Positions 50,736 to 61,073 of a stretch of 64,000 bases of DNA are shown piece by piece; positions within the stretch are counted from its first letter, which is position 1, and each line of letters opens with the position of its first letter. Origin of the DNA: Waterburya sp. (GTDB lineage: Bacteria > Cyanobacteriota > Cyanobacteriia > Cyanobacteriales > Xenococcaceae). The DNA lies in NCBI GenBank assembly GCA_965217895.1, contig CBDCJV010000002.1, positions 1,632,001-1,696,000 on the forward strand. The letters are read 5' to 3'. Made by a program: the position numbers and the translations under genes. The notes below the pieces were generated by a model. That model searched no databases. It was not told where the DNA came from and saw only the letters and a list, made by a program, of their open reading frames with translations.

Positions 50736-51086
50736 ATGTCTCACTTTAGCACTTTACGCACCAAAATCAGCGATGCTGAAATTCTAGTTAGTTCTCTTCG
50801 TGATTTAGGTGTTAGTGTTCAAACTAATGCTGACGTTCGCGGTTACAACGGTCAAAGACTACGTGCCGATATCGTTGCTACCTTAGATGGTGAATATGAT
50901 TTGGGTTGGTCTGAGAATAGTGATGGTACTTTTGATTTGATTGCTGACCTTTGGGGTGTTGCTAAAAAGCACAACCAAACTGAGCTTATCAACTCAATTA
51001 ACCAAAAGTATGCTGTTAACAAAACTTTGGCTGAAGTAAAACAGCGTGGTCTACAGAATGCAAACGTTAAATTAGTTCTTCAGTAA
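50736..51086 (+). CDS. ycf35: DUF1257/Ycf35-family protein
   Basis: MSHFSTLRT..DLIADLW..QKYA; GGAGG RBS. Confidence 0.88.
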   Translation: MSHFSTLRTKISDAEILVSSLRDLGVSVQTNADVRGYNGQRLRADIVATLDGEYDLGWSENSDGTFDLIADLWGVAKKHNQTELINSINQKYAVNKTLAEVKQRGLQNANVKLVLQ

Positions 51087-51124
51087 TAACAAGAATTTAA
51101 TTTAAAGCGCGTTCCCAAGCATTG

Positions 51125-51156
51125 AGGGTTGACAACACTGTTCAACCCTTTTTTTT
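51125..51156 (+). terminator. Intrinsic terminator
   Basis: AGGGTTGA..TCAACCCT plus T-run. Confidence 0.8.
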
Positions 51157-51160
51157 GTGC

Positions 51161-51517
51161 TTAGTTAGATGATTCCGTATTTAAAAAAAGCTGATGAATA
51201 ATGCTAGACACCACAGTTAAAACAATTGAACCAAATACAGCAGGAAAAAACCCAGCTATGGTCAAGCCTGGAGTTAAATAACTAACTAGCCCTAAAGCGA
51301 TCGCATTTACTACCAGAAGGAATAATCCCAGAGTTAAAATTGTTAGAGGTAGAGTTAGCAAAACGAGTATCGGTTTAACAATGGCATTCACTAATCCTAG
51401 TATCGCTGCTCCAAATATTGCTGAGGAGAAACTTACTATAGCAAAGCCGGGGACAACAAACGCGGTAATGATCAAAGAGACGGCTGTGGCTAGCCAGGTT
51501 AGCAGAAATTGCAGCAT
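51161..51517 (-). CDS. YvlD/DUF360 (phage-holin-family) membrane protein
   Basis: LGLVNAIVKPIL..LTLPLTILTLGLF..VNA. Confidence 0.9.
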   Translation of the reverse strand: MLQFLLTWLATAVSLIITAFVVPGFAIVSFSSAIFGAAILGLVNAIVKPILVLLTLPLTILTLGLFLLVVNAIALGLVSYLTPGLTIAGFFPAVFGSIVLTVVSSIIHQLFLNTESSN

Positions 51518-51829
51518 TTATTTAATTATCTAAAATAGTAAAGGTATTAAATCACCTCAATACTAATAAATTTCAGTTAGCTATTTCCACCAGTAATAGT
51601 TCGGTATTTCTGGACAACCTTGATGCGAAAACTCACATTGACAAGTGACGCGCGACGAGGCTTAATATGGATTTGAAAGAAGCTGTAAGCGATCGCGCAT
51701 TAGATAATTAAAGTTGAGCAAAAATATTTGAAAAGCTAATAGCTTAAAATTAGTTGACAAACAGCTTAGTCTCTCAACCTGTCACGATTGCCCAATCACT
51801 AACTACGTAAAGTGCTGACTTACCTGATA

Positions 51830-52951
51830 TTACTGAACATCATTGATAACCAAATTATTACGATGCACCACCGTATCTGCACCGTCATAACCCAAAATAT
51901 CAGCAATTTCAGTAGAATGATGTCCTTTTATTTGTTCAATCTCGTTACTGCTGTAGTTAACTAAGCCTCTGCCTAATTCCATACCTTCTTTGTTGCATAG
52001 CTGCACTGCATCAGAAGCAAAAAAGTCTCCTTCGAGGGCGATAATACCCGCAGGTAATAAAGATGTTTTTTTGTTGGTAACTGCCTTGACTGCACCAGTA
52101 TCTAAATATAGTTTGCCCATGGGAATTAAACCATAGGTGATCCAACGTTTGCGGGCATTGTCTGTTTGCGGTTGGGGTTCAAACTGTGTTCCTAAGTCTT
52201 CCCCCTGTAAGATTTTCAGAATGTTCTGAGGTTGCTTTCCTTGAGTAATCACGGTTCTAACCCCTGTGCTAGTGGCAATTCTGGCTGCGGACAGTTTAGT
52301 TGCCATTCCTCCTGTTCCCCACTGAGAACTACTAGAACCTGCATCTACCTGTAGCTGATGAAACTCCTTGCTGCTGACTAACTTAATAGGTTGAGCATCG
52401 GGGACGGTTTTGGGATCGGCAGAATACATTCTGTCTACGTCAGTCAAAAGAAACAGCCAATCTGCTTGAACTAAGCTAGCAACTAAGGCAGATAAGGTAT
52501 CATTGTCGCCAAATTTTAATTCATCAACGGCAATAGTATCATTTTCATTGACAATCGGGATTACGCCTAAACCTAACAGTTCTCTAAAAGTATTAGAAGC
52601 ATTAACATAAGTATTACGTTCCATTAATTCACGGCGAGTTAAAAGAACTTGCGCGATCGCCTGTTGTAAAGTACTAAATAAATCATCATATATTCGCATT
52701 AGTCTCCCCTGTCCTACCGCAGCCACCGCCTGCTTTAACGCCATTTTACGCGGTCTTTCGCTTAAGTTAAGTCTGGCGCACCCTACCCCCACCGCACCAG
52801 AGGAAACTAGAACGATATGATGTCCCTGAGAACGTAAGTAGCTTAAAGTTTCCACCAAAGAAGCAATTGTAGCGATCGCAATTTCTCCCGTCGGCTGTGT
52901 CAGGCTAGAAGTACCTATTTTGATTACTATTGTCTGAGGCTTATTGAACAT
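51830..52951 (-). CDS. proB: Glutamate 5-kinase
   Basis: [34 protein letters not shown] domain; start uncertain because of upstream heptamer repeats. Confidence 0.96.
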   Translation of the reverse strand: MFNKPQTIVIKIGTSSLTQPTGEIAIATIASLVETLSYLRSQGHHIVLVSSGAVGVGCARLNLSERPRKMALKQAVAAVGQGRLMRIYDDLFSTLQQAIAQVLLTRRELMERNTYVNASNTFRELLGLGVIPIVNENDTIAVDELKFGDNDTLSALVASLVQADWLFLLTDVDRMYSADPKTVPDAQPIKLVSSKEFHQLQVDAGSSSSQWGTGGMATKLSAARIATSTGVRTVITQGKQPQNILKILQGEDLGTQFEPQPQTDNARKRWITYGLIPMGKLYLDTGAVKAVTNKKTSLLPAGIIALEGDFFASDAVQLCNKEGMELGRGLVNYSSNEIEQIKGHHSTEIADILGYDGADTVVHRNNLVINDVQ

Positions 52952-52995
52952 TGAACATTTAGCATTAAACATTGAACAGTGAACAGTGAACATTG
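52945..52995. repeat. Heptamer tandem repeat (AACA(T/G)TG)n overlapping the proB start
   Basis: About 7 degenerate units generating repeated MFxxxCS peptides. Confidence 0.75.
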
Positions 52996-53078
52996 ACTCA
53001 CGGTTTCTAGCCTACTTCCAAATACTTGAAAAATGATAAATGAAGTGACTAGTAGACGTGGACGTGAATAAATCCACC

Positions 53079-53335
53079 ATTTAAAAATTATCGAACTGGC
53101 GGCGATGGCTCAAATTAGTCCGTATCATTTTATTCGTTTATTTAAAAATAGTCTCGGCAAAACACCCCATCAATATATTTTGCAGCGTCGAATTGAGCAA
53201 GGAAAATATTTATTACAGCATACTCAATTAAGTACGGAAGAAATCGCAGCTAGCTTGGGCTTTTGCGATCGTAGTCATTTTGCCAAATATCTTAAGCGTT
53301 TTACTGGATTAACACCCAGACAACTTCAAGCCTAA
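53079..53335 (+). pseudogene. AraC-family regulator, DNA-binding domain only
   Basis: IELAAMAQISPYHFIRLFK..GFCDRSHF..TGLTP. Confidence 0.8.
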
Positions 53336-53432
53336 TCGCAATAATTTACTCAAATCTAGCAACTTTTTTCTAGAGTTTAGATAAGTCAGACTTTTAGACT
53401 GTCAGCAGTAGAGAAAAGTTAACTAGATAAAA

Positions 53433-54221
53433 ATGAGCGATATTGAAATTAAAACTAGCTACGTCCAAATACCAAACCAAGACCTACAAATTGATGCTTA
53501 CTTAGCACAGCCAACCAGGGAAGGTAAATTTGCTGCGGTAATAGTTTTTCACGAAATTTTTGGCGTGAACGCTAATATTAGGGAAATTACCGAATTAATT
53601 GCCCGACAAGGATATATCGCGATCGCACCAGCGATGTATCAACGGATTGCTCCTGATTTTAGCCGTGATTTTAGTCCAGAACATCTTGCTTTCAGTCCCG
53701 AAGCTTACGAACTCGGTTTGCAATATTATCAACAGGTAAAGTATCAAGAGATATTCAGCGATATTCAAGCTGTGATCGCCTATCTGAAAACACTACCCAA
53801 TGTTAAAGCAAATGCGATCGGCTGTATTGGTTTTTGTTTTGGCGGTCATGTTACCTACATGGCAGCTACCTTACCCGATATAAAAGCTACGGCTTCGTTT
53901 TACGGTGGTGGCATTACCACTTCTAGCTATGGTGAAGATATTCCCACTCTCGATCGCACTGCCCAAATTCAAGGTACTATTTATCTGTTTTTCGGCACCA
54001 GAGATACTTTAGTTTCTCCAGAGGAAAGCCAGCAGATCGAGGCAGAATTACAAAAACAGCAGATCCAACATCGTATATTTCGCTACGATGCGGGACACGG
54101 ATTTTTTGGGGGATTTTTTCAGGACAAGTATCCGTTTTTGAAACAGCATCCCAGTTACAATCCTGAAGCTGCACCTCATGCTTGGCAACAAGTATTAGAG
54201 CTTTTTCAGAATAATTTGTAA
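53433..54221 (+). CDS. Dienelactone hydrolase family protein
   Basis: EIFGVN, GFCFGG, AGHGF. Confidence 0.92.
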   Translation: MSDIEIKTSYVQIPNQDLQIDAYLAQPTREGKFAAVIVFHEIFGVNANIREITELIARQGYIAIAPAMYQRIAPDFSRDFSPEHLAFSPEAYELGLQYYQQVKYQEIFSDIQAVIAYLKTLPNVKANAIGCIGFCFGGHVTYMAATLPDIKATASFYGGGITTSSYGEDIPTLDRTAQIQGTIYLFFGTRDTLVSPEESQQIEAELQKQQIQHRIFRYDAGHGFFGGFFQDKYPFLKQHPSYNPEAAPHAWQQVLELFQNNL

Positions 54222-54474
54222 ATTAATTTTCCTCATTATTGCTTAAAGCGATCGCTGTGTAATCAATTTTGCATAGATACTTATCAGGGGTGCAATTACA
54301 ACCCTGGCGATAATTTGACCCCAATCTCTGACAGATCGGCTTTAAGTACAGTCCAAACAGACAATCCAAGTCTCATAACAACCAAATTGAAAGGCGATCG
54401 ACCAACTTTAATCGTAGACGGAAAGACTTTGCGCGTCCGCCTTTAAATTAGATGTTAACTTTTTCGCCCTACTT

Positions 54475-55998
54475 CTACAAATCCAAAATCTTCAACAACT
54501 CCAAAATTACGCCATTCGTCCAACCGAAACCAATCTCATTAGAACTATAGCCAAAAAAGATTTCGTCAGAAACATTCGCCGAACAAGCGCAAACATCATA
54601 TTTTTCTACTAGCGTCCCAGTTTTATTAAATTCTTGAACTGCCATGTTGAGAAACTTACCTGCAATACGTTTAGCATCTTCTTCGTAACCGTAGCGCAGC
54701 AAGCCCTCGACAGCAATTAAATTTAAAGGCGCCCAACCAAAAGGGGCATCCCATTGATTTCCACTAACGTGAGTACTGGTAAGAATTCCTCCTGCTGCTT
54801 CAAACTTAGCTAAATTTTGCCACACTCGTCGAGCCTGTTCATCAGAAGCAATACCCGTCCACAGAGGATAAAAGGTAGTAGCGTATTCGTATTGCCGGCG
54901 TTTGCCAGTACGGAAATTGTAGTCAAAATAAAGTCCTGCTTCCTCATCCCATAAAAACTGGTTAATTCTCTCCTGACGTAAAGAAGCGCGATCGCGCCAT
55001 TGGGCTGCTACTGCATCATAACCGAGAATTTCATTGATTTTGACAGTATCTAATTCCATTTGAAATAGTAAAGCATTAAGACATACAGGAGCGTAATGGA
55101 TAATGTCGATACTAAAAGGACCAAAACGGTTGGTGATATCAAATCCCGATTCTCGCATCGAGCGATCGCCTTGATAAAATAACTCGCTTAATTCATCTGT
55201 TTTGCGATCGTAATACAGGTTAACATCGTAATCGTCGAACTGAAAGTCGCGATAATATTCTTTGACGCGATCGTAATGAGTCTTTCCCTCTTCATCTATT
55301 TCTGACATTACCACTTCAGGAGCAGCACCAGATCCTAAAGCTGCATAATGAGAAAGTCCCGTACTAGGATTAAGATGAGGGGGTACATTCCAATAATAAT
55401 AATAACTTTCGATAGTCGCAAGCATTGACTGCAACCATTGTTTATCTTGAGTATGTTCGTAAACTTTTAGAATTGCAGGAGTAAATATTGGAGGCTGCGA
55501 TCGCGTCAAAAAATAGGTACGATTAGCATTAAGAATCATCCCATAATGCTCGATTTCATAGGCAAATTGATCGACCATATTTTTAGCAATTTCAGTTTCC
55601 CCATCCAGCAACAGCCCTAAAATAATAAAATAACTATCCCAACCATACATTTCGTTAAAACGTCCACCAGGAACTACGTAGGGATAGGGTAGATAGAGTA
55701 AACCATGTTCTTCGATTGATTCTACCTCAGCAGGTAAAACTCGCAATTCAAGCTGTTGCCATTCTTCAGCAGTCAGAATTTGCTGTAGAGATGTTTTGAT
55801 GCGATCGAGATCTTCCTGTGGTGAGACATAAACCAACCAAGATTGCTCTGATTCATGCTCGATTTTAGGATCTTTTGCTGCTACTAAAAGGTCTTTTTGG
55901 GAACGAGTTAAAGTTTTCCAAGTATGTTTAATGTAGGTTTTGACTTTTTCGATGTCTGTAACGTTAGGCAGTTGTTGGGGTGGAAATTGATTGGTCAT
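54475..55998 (-). CDS. treH: Alpha,alpha-trehalase (GH37)
   Basis: PGGRFNEMYGWDSY, RSQPP, RESGFD, QWDAPFGWAP, GFGWTNG. Confidence 0.93.
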   Translation of the reverse strand: MTNQFPPQQLPNVTDIEKVKTYIKHTWKTLTRSQKDLLVAAKDPKIEHESEQSWLVYVSPQEDLDRIKTSLQQILTAEEWQQLELRVLPAEVESIEEHGLLYLPYPYVVPGGRFNEMYGWDSYFIILGLLLDGETEIAKNMVDQFAYEIEHYGMILNANRTYFLTRSQPPIFTPAILKVYEHTQDKQWLQSMLATIESYYYYWNVPPHLNPSTGLSHYAALGSGAAPEVVMSEIDEEGKTHYDRVKEYYRDFQFDDYDVNLYYDRKTDELSELFYQGDRSMRESGFDITNRFGPFSIDIIHYAPVCLNALLFQMELDTVKINEILGYDAVAAQWRDRASLRQERINQFLWDEEAGLYFDYNFRTGKRRQYEYATTFYPLWTGIASDEQARRVWQNLAKFEAAGGILTSTHVSGNQWDAPFGWAPLNLIAVEGLLRYGYEEDAKRIAGKFLNMAVQEFNKTGTLVEKYDVCACSANVSDEIFFGYSSNEIGFGWTNGVILELLKILDL

Positions 55999-56231
55999 CT
56001 CTGCTTAATTTTAGCTATGAATATTTAGCTTAAACTGTTCTTGACTGCTGATATTGCCAATTATGACCTAATTATTCGGTTCTAAGTTAGTATATGAGTT
56101 GTAAATCCAACGCTAAATCAATAGATTGAGTATTTCGACTTAATCTTCTAAGCTAAAGCTATAGGGTTCGATTCTCCTAATCCGCTTCCAGCTTCCATGA
56201 AAAAAAACAGGCTTTTGTTTAAATTTGTAAG

Positions 56232-56480
56232 ATGTCTCAAGCACCAGACCAATATCTAGCTCCAGAAGAGTCGGCTGATGTAGAAGCAGCACTGCTTTCT
56301 TCTGCGGAAAAGTTTCTTACACGATTAACTATTTCTTCTCAAAGATTGCTACAAAAAATTGCCCAAGACTATCAGGTTTCCGTTGAAGAACTAACTCATC
56401 AGCAAATTATTCAATGGTTTGAAAACGATAGTAAGGTCAAGCGCGAACAGGGAAATGATGCTGGCTCCTTGAAGTGGTAA
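56232..56480 (+). CDS. Conserved cyanobacterial hypothetical protein
   Basis: ESADVEAALLS..EKFLTRLTISS..WFE.DSK..REQG. Confidence 0.75.
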   Translation: MSQAPDQYLAPEESADVEAALLSSAEKFLTRLTISSQRLLQKIAQDYQVSVEELTHQQIIQWFENDSKVKREQGNDAGSLKW

Positions 56481-56519
56481 CTTTCAAGAAGCGTCAGGAA
56501 TAAGTGTTGATTTAAGTTA

Positions 56520-58109
56520 TTAAGCAAAGTCATTAAAGCTATAAAGGCGATCGCTATTGCCAAAATAGAATGCCTCTACGTTTTCTACGATCAAAGTTGA
56601 ATCAGAATCATGAATGATAACCTGATTATCAGATGAACCACGAGCGATCGCGTAGTCGTCTAGATTGCCCCACAGCTTGAGTACATCATAGTCTTTACCG
56701 CCATCAATCGAAACGGTCGCTGTAAAGCCGCCGATCTCAAAAGTGTCATTGCCACCATCGCCAAAAATAGCAGCATTTTTAATTGAGCCTGACTGATTTG
56801 CTGACAAAGATTCTTCAGTGAATGAATTAGAATTAACTATGGCTGCTTGGAAATAGTCATTGCCTTGACCCAATCTAATCTCACTGTCTTCAATGCCAAC
56901 AGTGCTGCCGTAGCCAATAATGCGATCGCATCCCTGACCTGTCTGGATCTTACCGCCTTTGATGCCCACTAAACCATAGCCAATAATAAGATCGTCTCCC
57001 TCTCCCATTTTGATGACTCCCTCACTGTTATCAATACCAATGGTGATCGCTCCTGAATTATCAGCAATGGCATTGGTGTTAATTTTCACATCTGAATCAT
57101 TAGCAGTAGCCACGGCATCGGCATCAGCATTGGCATCCACGGCAGAATTGTTTACTGCAATGCCAATAATAGCGTCATTTCCTTGACCTGTCGCGATCGC
57201 ACCTTGGTTGACAATTCCCACCGCACTACCCTGAGAAATCGCCAGAGATGCTGCATCTGCTGTGGCAGTGGCTACGTCGTTAGCCATAGATTCGGCTTGA
57301 GAAATGGCTAAAGAATTACTTGAGCTTCTATTGTTTGCCAAGCCGACAATTGTATCGTTGCCTTGACCCGTAAAGATTGCACCAGAATTAATTATTCCCA
57401 AAGCGTTTGTATTACTAATAGCCGTTGCTTTAGATGTGCTTTGGGAAATAGCTGTCTTAATTTCATTGAGCGTTTTAGAATCTACAGCAGCGTTATTGGC
57501 AAATGCAGTAGCCTCAGCCTCACTCAAAGCCCAGGTACTCGCTACACCAACAATAACGTCATCACCTCGACCTGTGGCGATCGCGCCCAGATTATCAATG
57601 CCGATAGCCAAACTATTAACGACGCTAACGGACTCACTCTTGGCACTGACTGAAGAGTTATCAGCAAAAGCTGATTCAGCTTGAGAAATAGCTATTGAAA
57701 CACCCAACGCTGAAGCATTAGCTATGCCCAAGATTGCGTCATGACCTTTGCCTGTAGTAATCTTACCCGTATTGCTAATGCCGATGGCAAGTGCATCCGC
57801 GCTAGATTCGCTATTGGCATTAGCCGTAGCCAGATCATCTAAAGTTAATTGAGCCTCCGAAGTAGCGGTAGCATTACCAACGGTCAGAGCAGGCTCCGTC
57901 CGTTTAGAAGTCCCCGTGCTGTTCCGTTTAGGAACAGCTTCATGCGGGACGTGGCGGAGTAATCTCTGACTCGAAGCATTAGCTACACCAAGAATAATGT
58001 CATTACTTTTGCCTGTGGCGATCGCACAATTATTATTGAGCAGTGTATTAATCAGATTATTTTGAAGCCCGGTAACTACAATATCTTTAAATAATATTTT
58101 TTTGGACAT
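56520..58109 (-). CDS. Ala/Ser-rich repeat protein with RTX-like GxGxD repeats (probably secreted/surface)
   Basis: Repeated GIxNxGxIxTGxGxDxIxG units; C-terminal GDGGND, DGGKDYD, NVEAFYF; no signal peptide. Confidence 0.75.
   Translation of the reverse strand: MSKKILFKDIVVTGLQNNLINTLLNNNCAIATGKSNDIILGVANASSQRLLRHVPHEAVPKRNSTGTSKRTEPALTVGNATATSEAQLTLDDLATANANSESSADALAIGISNTGKITTGKGHDAILGIANASALGVSIAISQAESAFADNSSVSAKSESVSVVNSLAIGIDNLGAIATGRGDDVIVGVASTWALSEAEATAFANNAAVDSKTLNEIKTAISQSTSKATAISNTNALGIINSGAIFTGQGNDTIVGLANNRSSSNSLAISQAESMANDVATATADAASLAISQGSAVGIVNQGAIATGQGNDAIIGIAVNNSAVDANADADAVATANDSDVKINTNAIADNSGAITIGIDNSEGVIKMGEGDDLIIGYGLVGIKGGKIQTGQGCDRIIGYGSTVGIEDSEIRLGQGNDYFQAAIVNSNSFTEESLSANQSGSIKNAAIFGDGGNDTFEIGGFTATVSIDGGKDYDVLKLWGNLDDYAIARGSSDNQVIIHDSDSTLIVENVEAFYFGNSDRLYSFNDFA
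57883..57970. mobile_element. Four-level nested palindrome inserted in frame
   Basis: GTCAGAG/CTCTGAC, CTCCGTC/GGCGGAG, GTCCC/GGGAC, GCTGTTCC-GTTTA-GGAACAGC; encodes a peptide absent from the protein's other repeats. Confidence 0.8.
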
Positions 58110-58315
58110 AACACTTGCCTTAGCTAAAATAATTTGTTGCTAAAAAAACTGTTTCTAGCCAACTAATTATCTATTAAGCAGATCGTATTTATTATCAAGC
58201 TAAGATGAAAAAATCATTTTTAAAATAAATTAGCAGTAAAGATTTGATGTAATTTAGATAAAGCATTTCCCTGTTTTTTGTCCTTCATTTCTCAGTTTCT
58301 CAATTCCCCAAAAAT

Positions 58316-59524
58316 ATGACCGATTCACAAGCTATTAACCAAGCCGTTGCCAATCTCTACAATACTTATCCCTTTCCCCCAGATCCTCTTTCAGATCTCG
58401 AACCTCCTGGCTATAACTGGCGATGGAATTGGACATCAGCATATAGTTTTTGTACAGGAACGAAACCCACCACTCAAGACATTCGTATTTTGGATGCAGG
58501 TTGTGGTACAGGTTCGGGTACAGATTATCTGATTCACCTCAACCCTGAAGCAGAGGTTACGGCAATTGACCTGAGTGAAAAAGCATTAGAAATGGCAGAG
58601 GAACGTTGTAATCGTTCAGGAGTAATTGCTAAACACTCTAAACCAGTCAAGTTTTTTAACCTCAAGTTAGAAGAAGCAACAAACCTAGAAGGAGAGTTTG
58701 ATTTTATTAACTGTGTCGGCGTTTTACATCATTTACCAGAACCAGAAAAGGGTATTCAGGCGTTGGCGAAAAAGTTAAAGCCAGGGGGAATTCTCCATAT
58801 CTTTGTCTATGCCGAATTAGGACGTTGGGAAATTAGCTTGATGCAAAAAGCGATCGCACTTCTTCAAGGAGACAAGCGGGGTGACTATCGTGATGGGGTA
58901 AAAGTTGGTCGAGATATTTTTGCTAACCTACCTCAGAATAATCGCATTTTGAAGCAGGAAAAGGAAAGATGGGCATTAGAAAATCATCGCGATGAAGCCT
59001 TTGCCGATATGTATGTCCATCCCCAGGAAATTGACTATAACGTTGAAACGCTATTCGATTTAATAGACGCTTCAGGCTTGGATTTTGTCGGCTTTTCTAA
59101 TCCTAAATACTGGCAGTTAGAGAGGCTATTAGGCGAATCAGCAGAATTAATGACTAGAGCAAAAGACTTGAGTGATCGCGCCTTATATCGTTTAATAGAA
59201 TTATTAGATCCCAACTTGACTCACTATGAGTTTTTCTTAGCCAAACCACCTTTAAAAAAAGAAAATTGGTCAAGTGACGAGAAGTTGAGTAAAGCAATTC
59301 CCGAATGTAGTCCTTGTATGCAGGGTTTTCCTAGTCAAAGCTTTCTTGATTTTGAATACCAGATGGTTCATCTGTCTGATGCAGAGTATCAGTTTATGCT
59401 TGCTTGCGACAAAAATATCGAAAAACAAGCTAGTGTCGGCAAGATTCTTGCTAATTGTGAGTTGGATTTAGCAGGAGTGCGATCGCTTTTTGAGCGGCAG
59501 TTAACTATCCTAAGCAGCAATTAA
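58316..59524 (+). CDS. Class I SAM-dependent methyltransferase (conserved cyanobacterial)
   Basis: ILDAGCGTG, GVLHHL, LKPGG, DMYVHPQE. Confidence 0.9.
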   Translation: MTDSQAINQAVANLYNTYPFPPDPLSDLEPPGYNWRWNWTSAYSFCTGTKPTTQDIRILDAGCGTGSGTDYLIHLNPEAEVTAIDLSEKALEMAEERCNRSGVIAKHSKPVKFFNLKLEEATNLEGEFDFINCVGVLHHLPEPEKGIQALAKKLKPGGILHIFVYAELGRWEISLMQKAIALLQGDKRGDYRDGVKVGRDIFANLPQNNRILKQEKERWALENHRDEAFADMYVHPQEIDYNVETLFDLIDASGLDFVGFSNPKYWQLERLLGESAELMTRAKDLSDRALYRLIELLDPNLTHYEFFLAKPPLKKENWSSDEKLSKAIPECSPCMQGFPSQSFLDFEYQMVHLSDAEYQFMLACDKNIEKQASVGKILANCELDLAGVRSLFERQLTILSSN

Positions 59525-59556
59525 ACCTAGAGATAAAAACAAGTTAACCAGTCTGT

Positions 59557-59862
59557 TTAACGCGGATTAGTGTTAGGCGACTTATTAGCCATGAGATCGT
59601 ATAAGCTCCCCGAAACATACTTATGAAGAATGCTAGATACAAGGGTTTGATAAGGAATTCCTTCTTCTAACGCTCGTTTTTGTATAGCCTCTAAATCCCG
59701 TGATGAGATACGAATATTTATGCGTCTATCCTTTTTAAAAGTCTTTTCAGCGACTTTTGCAAGTTGTTTCTTTCGCTGTGCAGTTAAAACAGACTTAAAT
59801 TCTCCTGCCTCGAAATCACGCAGAATCTCTTTTTCTTCTGCATCCAGTTTGACTTTGCTCAT
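59557..59862 (-). CDS. CopG/BrnA-like antitoxin
   Basis: KKDRRINIRIS..GIPYQTLVSSILHKY; 4-bp overlap with the toxin. Confidence 0.88.
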   Translation of the reverse strand: MSKVKLDAEEKEILRDFEAGEFKSVLTAQRKKQLAKVAEKTFKKDRRINIRISSRDLEAIQKRALEEGIPYQTLVSSILHKYVSGSLYDLMANKSPNTNPR

Positions 59863-60137
59863 AATTCGTCTCCAAGGTATTCCTTTGTCGCCTTTCTGCT
59901 GGGAATAACTGTTTTTAAGAAGATTTCCTCATCGTTTTCAACATAGGGGACTAAGTAAGCGTATTTATCAACCTCTACAATAAGCACCCGTTGATTGGGG
60001 TATTTTGCCTTGTTAGGATGTTCAATATCGTCCAGCAATCGTCCCTTTTGTAGACAAAACAAAATATCTTCAAAAGATATCTGGCGATCTTCTATGATTT
60101 GCTGATTTTTCTGGTAATTCCAATTGAAAGGCTTCAT
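59859..60137 (-). CDS. BrnT-like toxin
   Basis: FNWNYQKN..ISFEDI..YLVPYV..FLKTVIPSRKATK. Confidence 0.88.
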   Translation of the reverse strand: MKPFNWNYQKNQQIIEDRQISFEDILFCLQKGRLLDDIEHPNKAKYPNQRVLIVEVDKYAYLVPYVENDEEIFLKTVIPSRKATKEYLGDEL

Positions 60138-60570
60138 TAAGCCAACTTTAGCATAAATGTGTGCCTATTGGCATCTTTACTTTCGGTTAATGATAAAAGC
60201 CAGTGACGGTATTTAGGAAGATAATTATTGTGAGCGATCGCTTTTTAAACAACACATGATTATTTCAAATAGCAATTAAATCTGGCAATTATCTGGAATA
60301 TCAAATTAATTTTTGGTTTAAGGCGATCGCCTATCAACTTAAACGCCAGAAGCACGATCACTTTTTGCTTGACAGTTAGTTTCTTAATTGAAGAGTAGGG
60401 ACGATCTGGGAAAAATTTAGATAAGTAACGGCCTCAAATTGAGCGGTGCCTGTAAAATAAGCCTCTAGCTCGCGTGTCCCGTCTATCGAAGTATAAAGAA
60501 CTTGCTTACCACAAAAGCAGAACCCCCAAAAAGTGTGACCGCAGCAGGAGGAGTTGAAGTCTAACTGTTT

Positions 60571-60707
60571 ATTATACGGAAACTTTCGGGATATCTACCC
60601 CATATAGAATGATATCAGGAAACTTTTGGGATATTCCTCGGTGATATCTCGACTTTTTCTGGATATCGTCCCAAATAAGCATAATATCAAGAAAATTTTT
60701 TGATATT
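60571..60707. repeat. Array of four 25-bp GATATC-N13-GATATC-type boxes
   Basis: Boxes start at 60571, 60611, 60643 and 60683. Confidence 0.8.
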
Positions 60708-60739
60708 ATCTGCTATAAAGACATTTTCTTAACGTCAAC

Positions 60740-60850
60740 CTAAAATTTTTTAGTCTCTAGAACAATAATTTGTATTTCCTTGATTTGAGCTAATTGTCGA
60801 TCATTTCTTTGCTTTGTTAGAAAGGCTTCACATTCCAATGCCCTGGCTAC
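60740..60850 (-). pseudogene. Possible PIN/VapC C-terminal fragment
   Basis: Manual translation ALECEAFLT(KQR)NDRQLAQIKEIQIIVLE. Confidence 0.5.
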
Positions 60851-60932
60851 AGAGATCCTTTTCCTCAGATCGCAAGAATTGATTGAGGAGCGATCGCCTT
60901 TTCTGTATTTAACAGTGTTTAGGTTAAAAGCG

Positions 60933-60950
60933 GTACAATAAAAAGTACAA
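60933..60950 (+). promoter_or_regulatory. YefM-type operator
   Basis: GTACAA twice with 12-bp spacing just upstream of the antitoxin. Confidence 0.6.
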
Positions 60951-60966
60951 TGACTAAAAATAAATT

Positions 60967-61073
60967 ATGGATATTCACAGTGCTAGTCAAGCCAGAGCCA
61001 ATCTGTTTAAGTTATTAGAGCAAGTTAATCAAGAGAGTAAGCCTTGTATCATCACTTCCCGTAAGGGGGATGT
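60967..61073 (+). pseudogene. Phd/YefM antitoxin interrupted by ISAs1
   Basis: MDIHSASQARANLFKLLEQVNQESKPCIITSRKGD, then the IS end. Confidence 0.85.

Noticed and set aside
51161..51517. Prophage, based on the holin-family gene
   Set aside because: YvlD/DUF360 is a common chromosomal membrane protein, and there are no phage genes around it.
60571..60707. CRISPR array
   Set aside because: Units are too divergent, gaps are only 7-15 bp, and there are no cas genes.
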